Assembly: GCA_023259135.1 (NCBI GenBank)
Contig: JAHFQX010000007.1
Span: 7,529 to 71,528, forward strand
Source of the DNA: Betaproteobacteria bacterium
GTDB lineage: Bacteria > Pseudomonadota > Gammaproteobacteria > Burkholderiales > JAHFQX01
Direction of reading: 5' to 3'
Length of the DNA stretch: 64,000 nucleotides
Shown here: in pieces, positions 61,178 to 64,000 of the stretch
How positions within the stretch are numbered: the stretch's first letter is position 1
Layout: each line of letters opens with the position of its first letter
Program-made: the position numbers and the translations under genes
Notes under the pieces: generated by a model
Database searches by the model: none
What the model was told of the DNA's origin: nothing
The model's input: the letters and a program-made list of their open reading frames with translations, nothing else

Positions 61178-62344
61178 TCAATAGGATTTGGGCAGCCCCA
61201 ACACCTTCTCGGCGATAAAACACTTGATCAGTTGCGGACTGATCGGGGCGATCCAATGGATCAGCACTTCCCGCAGATAGCGTTCCACGTGGTACTCCTT
61301 GGCATAGCCGAAGCCGCCGTGGGTCAGCACCGCGGTCTCGCAAGCCTTTACCGCGGCCATGGAGGCCAGGTATTTGGCGGCGTTGGCCTCCGCCCCGCAG
61401 GGCTCGCCCCGGTCGTACAGGCTGGCGGCCTTGAAGGCCATCAGATTGGCGGCTTCCAGTTCCATCCAATTCTCGGCCAGCGGGTGCTGCACTCCCTGAT
61501 TCATGCCGATGGGTCGGTCGAATACGATCCGTTGCTTGGCGTATTGGGCGGCGCGCTTCAGCGCGACCCGGCCGATGCCCACCAATCCGGCGGCGATCAA
61601 AATCCGTTCCGGATTCAAGCCGTGGAGAATGCAGTGGAAACCCTTGCCTTCCTCGCCGATGCGATCCTCGACGGGAACCGGCAGGCCGTCGATGAACAGC
61701 TCGTTGGAATCCACCGCTTTGCGGCCCATCTTCTCGATCTCCCGCACCGTGACATAGCGCCGGTCGATGTCGGTATAGAACAACGATAATCCATCGGTGG
61801 GGCGCTTGACCTCGTCCAGGGGGGTGGTGCGAGCCAGGATCAGCATTTTTTCCGACACCTGGGCGGTGGTGATCCAGACCTTGCGGCCGCTCAGTATATA
61901 CCGATCGCCATCCCGCACCGCACGGGTCTTGAGCTTCAGGGTATCCAAACCGGTATTGGGCTCGGTCACGGCGAAGGCGGCCTTGACCTTCCCTTCGATG
62001 AGGGGCGGCAGAATGCGCCGCCTTTGCTCTTCGGTTCCGAACTTCACCACCACGTTGGGGGCAAACACATTGATGGATATGGCCGAACCCCCGCTCAGGC
62101 CGGCGCCGCTTTCGGTCACCGCCTGGGACAGAATTGCCCCCTCGGTAATACCCAATCCGGAGCCGCCGTATTCCTGGGGCATGGCAATACCCAGCCAGCC
62201 GTCCTTGGCCAGCGCTTGGTGCAACTCCACCGGGAAGCCGCCTTCCCGATCCTTTTTGAGCCAATAGTCGTCGTCGAATTGGCTGCAAATCTTTAAGATA
62301 GCTTCCCGGATAGCCTGCCGCTCGGGGGAGAATTCGAAGTCCAT
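61178..62344 (-). CDS. Acyl-CoA dehydrogenase-family protein, tandem paralogue 2
   Basis: 388 aa. AVTEPNTGLDT, VWITT, GLNPERI, IVFDRPIG, ends ...IAPISPQLIKCFIAEKVLGLPKSY. Same length as the next gene upstream and largely identical to it. Confidence 0.85.
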   Translation of the reverse strand: MDFEFSPERQAIREAILKICSQFDDDYWLKKDREGGFPVELHQALAKDGWLGIAMPQEYGGSGLGITEGAILSQAVTESGAGLSGGSAISINVFAPNVVVKFGTEEQRRRILPPLIEGKVKAAFAVTEPNTGLDTLKLKTRAVRDGDRYILSGRKVWITTAQVSEKMLILARTTPLDEVKRPTDGLSLFYTDIDRRYVTVREIEKMGRKAVDSNELFIDGLPVPVEDRIGEEGKGFHCILHGLNPERILIAAGLVGIGRVALKRAAQYAKQRIVFDRPIGMNQGVQHPLAENWMELEAANLMAFKAASLYDRGEPCGAEANAAKYLASMAAVKACETAVLTHGGFGYAKEYHVERYLREVLIHWIAPISPQLIKCFIAEKVLGLPKSY

Positions 62345-62353
62345 GGCGGTCCC

Positions 62354-63520
62354 TCAATAGGATTTAGGCAAGCCGAGCACCTTCTCGGCGATGAAGCACT
62401 TGATGAGCTGAGGCGTGATCGGGGCGATGCGCAGCAGGATCGACTCCCGGAACAGCCGCTCCACGTGGTATTCCTTGGCATAGCCGAAGCCGCCGTGGGT
62501 CAGCACCGCGGTCTGGCAGGCCTTGAAGCCGGCCTCTCCGGAGAGATATTTGGCGGCATTGGCCTGGGCGCCGCAGGGTTTGCCTTGGTCATACAGGGCG
62601 GCGGCATGGAACGCCATCAGATTGGCAGCCTCCAATTCCATCCAGCATTCCGCCAAGGGGTGCTGGATGCCTTGGTTCATGCCAATGGGGCGATCGAAGA
62701 CGATGCGCTCCTTGGCGTACTGGGCGGCGCGCCGCAGCGCGGCCCGGCCGATCCCGACTCCCGCCACGCCGCCCAGGATGCGCTCCGGATTCATGCCGTG
62801 GAGAATGTACTCGAAGCCCTTGCCCTCCTCGCCGATGCGGTCTTCCACCGGCACCGGCAAATCCTCGAAGAACACTTGATTGGAATCCACCGCTTTGCGC
62901 CCCATCTTTTCGATTTCCCGGACTTCGATGTATTTGCGGTCGAAATCGGTGTAGAACAGGGACAGGCCATCGGTCGATTTCTTCACCTCCTGAGGATCCT
63001 GGGTGCGGGCCAGCAAGAGGATCTTGTTGGCCACTTGACCGGTGGAGGTCCACACCTTCTGGCCATTGACGATGTAGCGGTCCCCCTTGCGCACCGCCTT
63101 GGTTTTGAGCTTCAAGGTATTCAAGCCGGTATTGGGCTCGGTGACCCCGAAGCAAGCCTGCTCCTTGCCCTGGATCATGGGGGGCAGCATGCGGCGTTTC
63201 TGTTCCTCGGTGCCGAACACCACCACCGGATTGAGGCCGAAGATGTTGAGGTGAATGGTAGAGCAGCCGCTGATCCCGGCGCCCGATTCCGCCACAGCTT
63301 GCATCATGATGGCCGCTTCGGTGATCCCCAGCCCGGCGCCCCCGTATTCCTGGGGCATGGCGATGCCCAGCCAGCCGGCCTCGGCGAAGGCCTTATGAAA
63401 ATCGAAAGGGAACCCCCCCTGCCGGTCCTTCTTCAGCCAGTAGTCGTCGCCGAACTGGGCGCAGATTTTGAAAATCGCTTCCCGGATGGCTTCTTGCTCG
63501 GGGGTAAAGGCGACATCCAT
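62354..63520 (-). CDS. Acyl-CoA dehydrogenase-family protein, tandem paralogue 1
   Basis: Track ORF 62354..63625 trimmed to ATG 63520 (MDVAFTPEQEAIREAIFKIC). 388 aa. GVTEPNTGLNT, GMNPERI, ends ...IAPITPQLIKCFIAEKVLGLPKSY. Confidence 0.85.
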   Translation of the reverse strand: MDVAFTPEQEAIREAIFKICAQFGDDYWLKKDRQGGFPFDFHKAFAEAGWLGIAMPQEYGGAGLGITEAAIMMQAVAESGAGISGCSTIHLNIFGLNPVVVFGTEEQKRRMLPPMIQGKEQACFGVTEPNTGLNTLKLKTKAVRKGDRYIVNGQKVWTSTGQVANKILLLARTQDPQEVKKSTDGLSLFYTDFDRKYIEVREIEKMGRKAVDSNQVFFEDLPVPVEDRIGEEGKGFEYILHGMNPERILGGVAGVGIGRAALRRAAQYAKERIVFDRPIGMNQGIQHPLAECWMELEAANLMAFHAAALYDQGKPCGAQANAAKYLSGEAGFKACQTAVLTHGGFGYAKEYHVERLFRESILLRIAPITPQLIKCFIAEKVLGLPKSY

Positions 63521-63549
63521 GTTGATTTCCTCCTCGGGAAAATGGGCCC

Positions 63550-64000
63550 TCAGCCGTAACGGCCGCCGGTGATATGCAAGGTCTCGCCGCTGATGTAGCC
63601 GGCCCGCTCGGACGCCAGGAAGCACACTCCGGCGGCGATATCGTCGGGCTCTCCGACGCGGGGCACGGGGGTGGCGGCAATGGCCTTGGCGGCGATTTTT
63701 TCGTAATGGGGCAAGGATTCCACCAGCTCGGTCTTGATGAAGCCCGGGGCGATGGCATTGACGGTGATGTTGAACTTACCGGATTCCAAGGACAGCGCCC
63801 GGGTCAGCCCGATGACCCCCGCCTTGGCGGCGGAGTAGTTGGCTTGGCCGGGGTTCCCCAAGTGGGCTCGGGAGGAAATGTTGATGATCCGTCCGAACTT
63901 CTGGGCGATCATGTAGGGAATCGCCGCCCGGGAGCACAGGAAGGTGCCTTTCAGAATCACGTCGATAACGCTGGTCCAATCCTCGTCGGACATCTTGGTA
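63550..64000 (-). CDS. SDR-family oxidoreductase (FabG-like), C-terminal part; gene starts beyond the right edge
   Basis: Track ORF 63550..63993 begins at an internal Met. The reading frame stays open to the window edge. Canonical IINISS...NYSAAKAG...APGFI. Confidence 0.8.
   Translation of the reverse strand, partial: TKMSDEDWTSVIDVILKGTFLCSRAAIPYMIAQKFGRIINISSRAHLGNPGQANYSAAKAGVIGLTRALSLESGKFNITVNAIAPGFIKTELVESLPHYEKIAAKAIAATPVPRVGEPDDIAAGVCFLASERAGYISGETLHITGGRYG

Overview
This 64-kb window is a stretch of a moderately GC-rich proteobacterial chromosome. Its gene order looks gammaproteobacterial, which is an inference from synteny only: rne<>rluC; yceF<>yceD-rpmF-plsX-fabH-fabD-fabG-acpP-fabF-pabC-mltG-tmk-holB-tatD; pyrG-kdsA-eno-ftsB-folD-crcB on the minus strand; ppsA<>ppsR; lon; trpS; lysC-tRNA-Ser-tRNA-Arg; pgeF ... 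clpB. I count about 70 protein genes and 2 tRNAs, with no rRNA and no CRISPR array. Most of the window is housekeeping. Four blocks stand out. (1) 16.0-22.0 kb is a visibly GC-richer foreign island. It carries a complete ptxABCD phosphite uptake and oxidation cassette, bracketed by decayed, circularly permuted IS91-family transposase fragments and a pair of ~110-bp direct repeats. (2) 41.8-42.7 kb holds a DUF4160/DUF2442 two-gene module with a 5' frameshift. It sits beside tRNA-Arg at a lysC-tRNA locus that lacks the usual csrA. (3) 52.7-57.0 kb is a four-gene porin-cytochrome operon of the Mto/Mtr/Pio type for extracellular electron transfer: a monohaem cytochrome c, a NapC/CymA-like tetrahaem protein, a decahaem protein and an MtrB/PioB-like barrel. 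(4) 57.2-64.0 kb is an acyl-CoA operon of unknown substrate that runs off the right edge. It contains three acyl-CoA dehydrogenases (two of them a tandem duplicate with a relocated catalytic base), a CoA ligase, a thioesterase and an SDR-fold protein that has lost its catalytic Ser/Tyr/Lys. All coordinates were derived by hand from the printed sequence and the ORF track. The track allows GTG/TTG starts and reports the longest ORF, so I re-chose start codons where it clearly over-extends. Nothing was searched against a database. Family assignments rest on motifs I can read in the translations and on remembered family knowledge.
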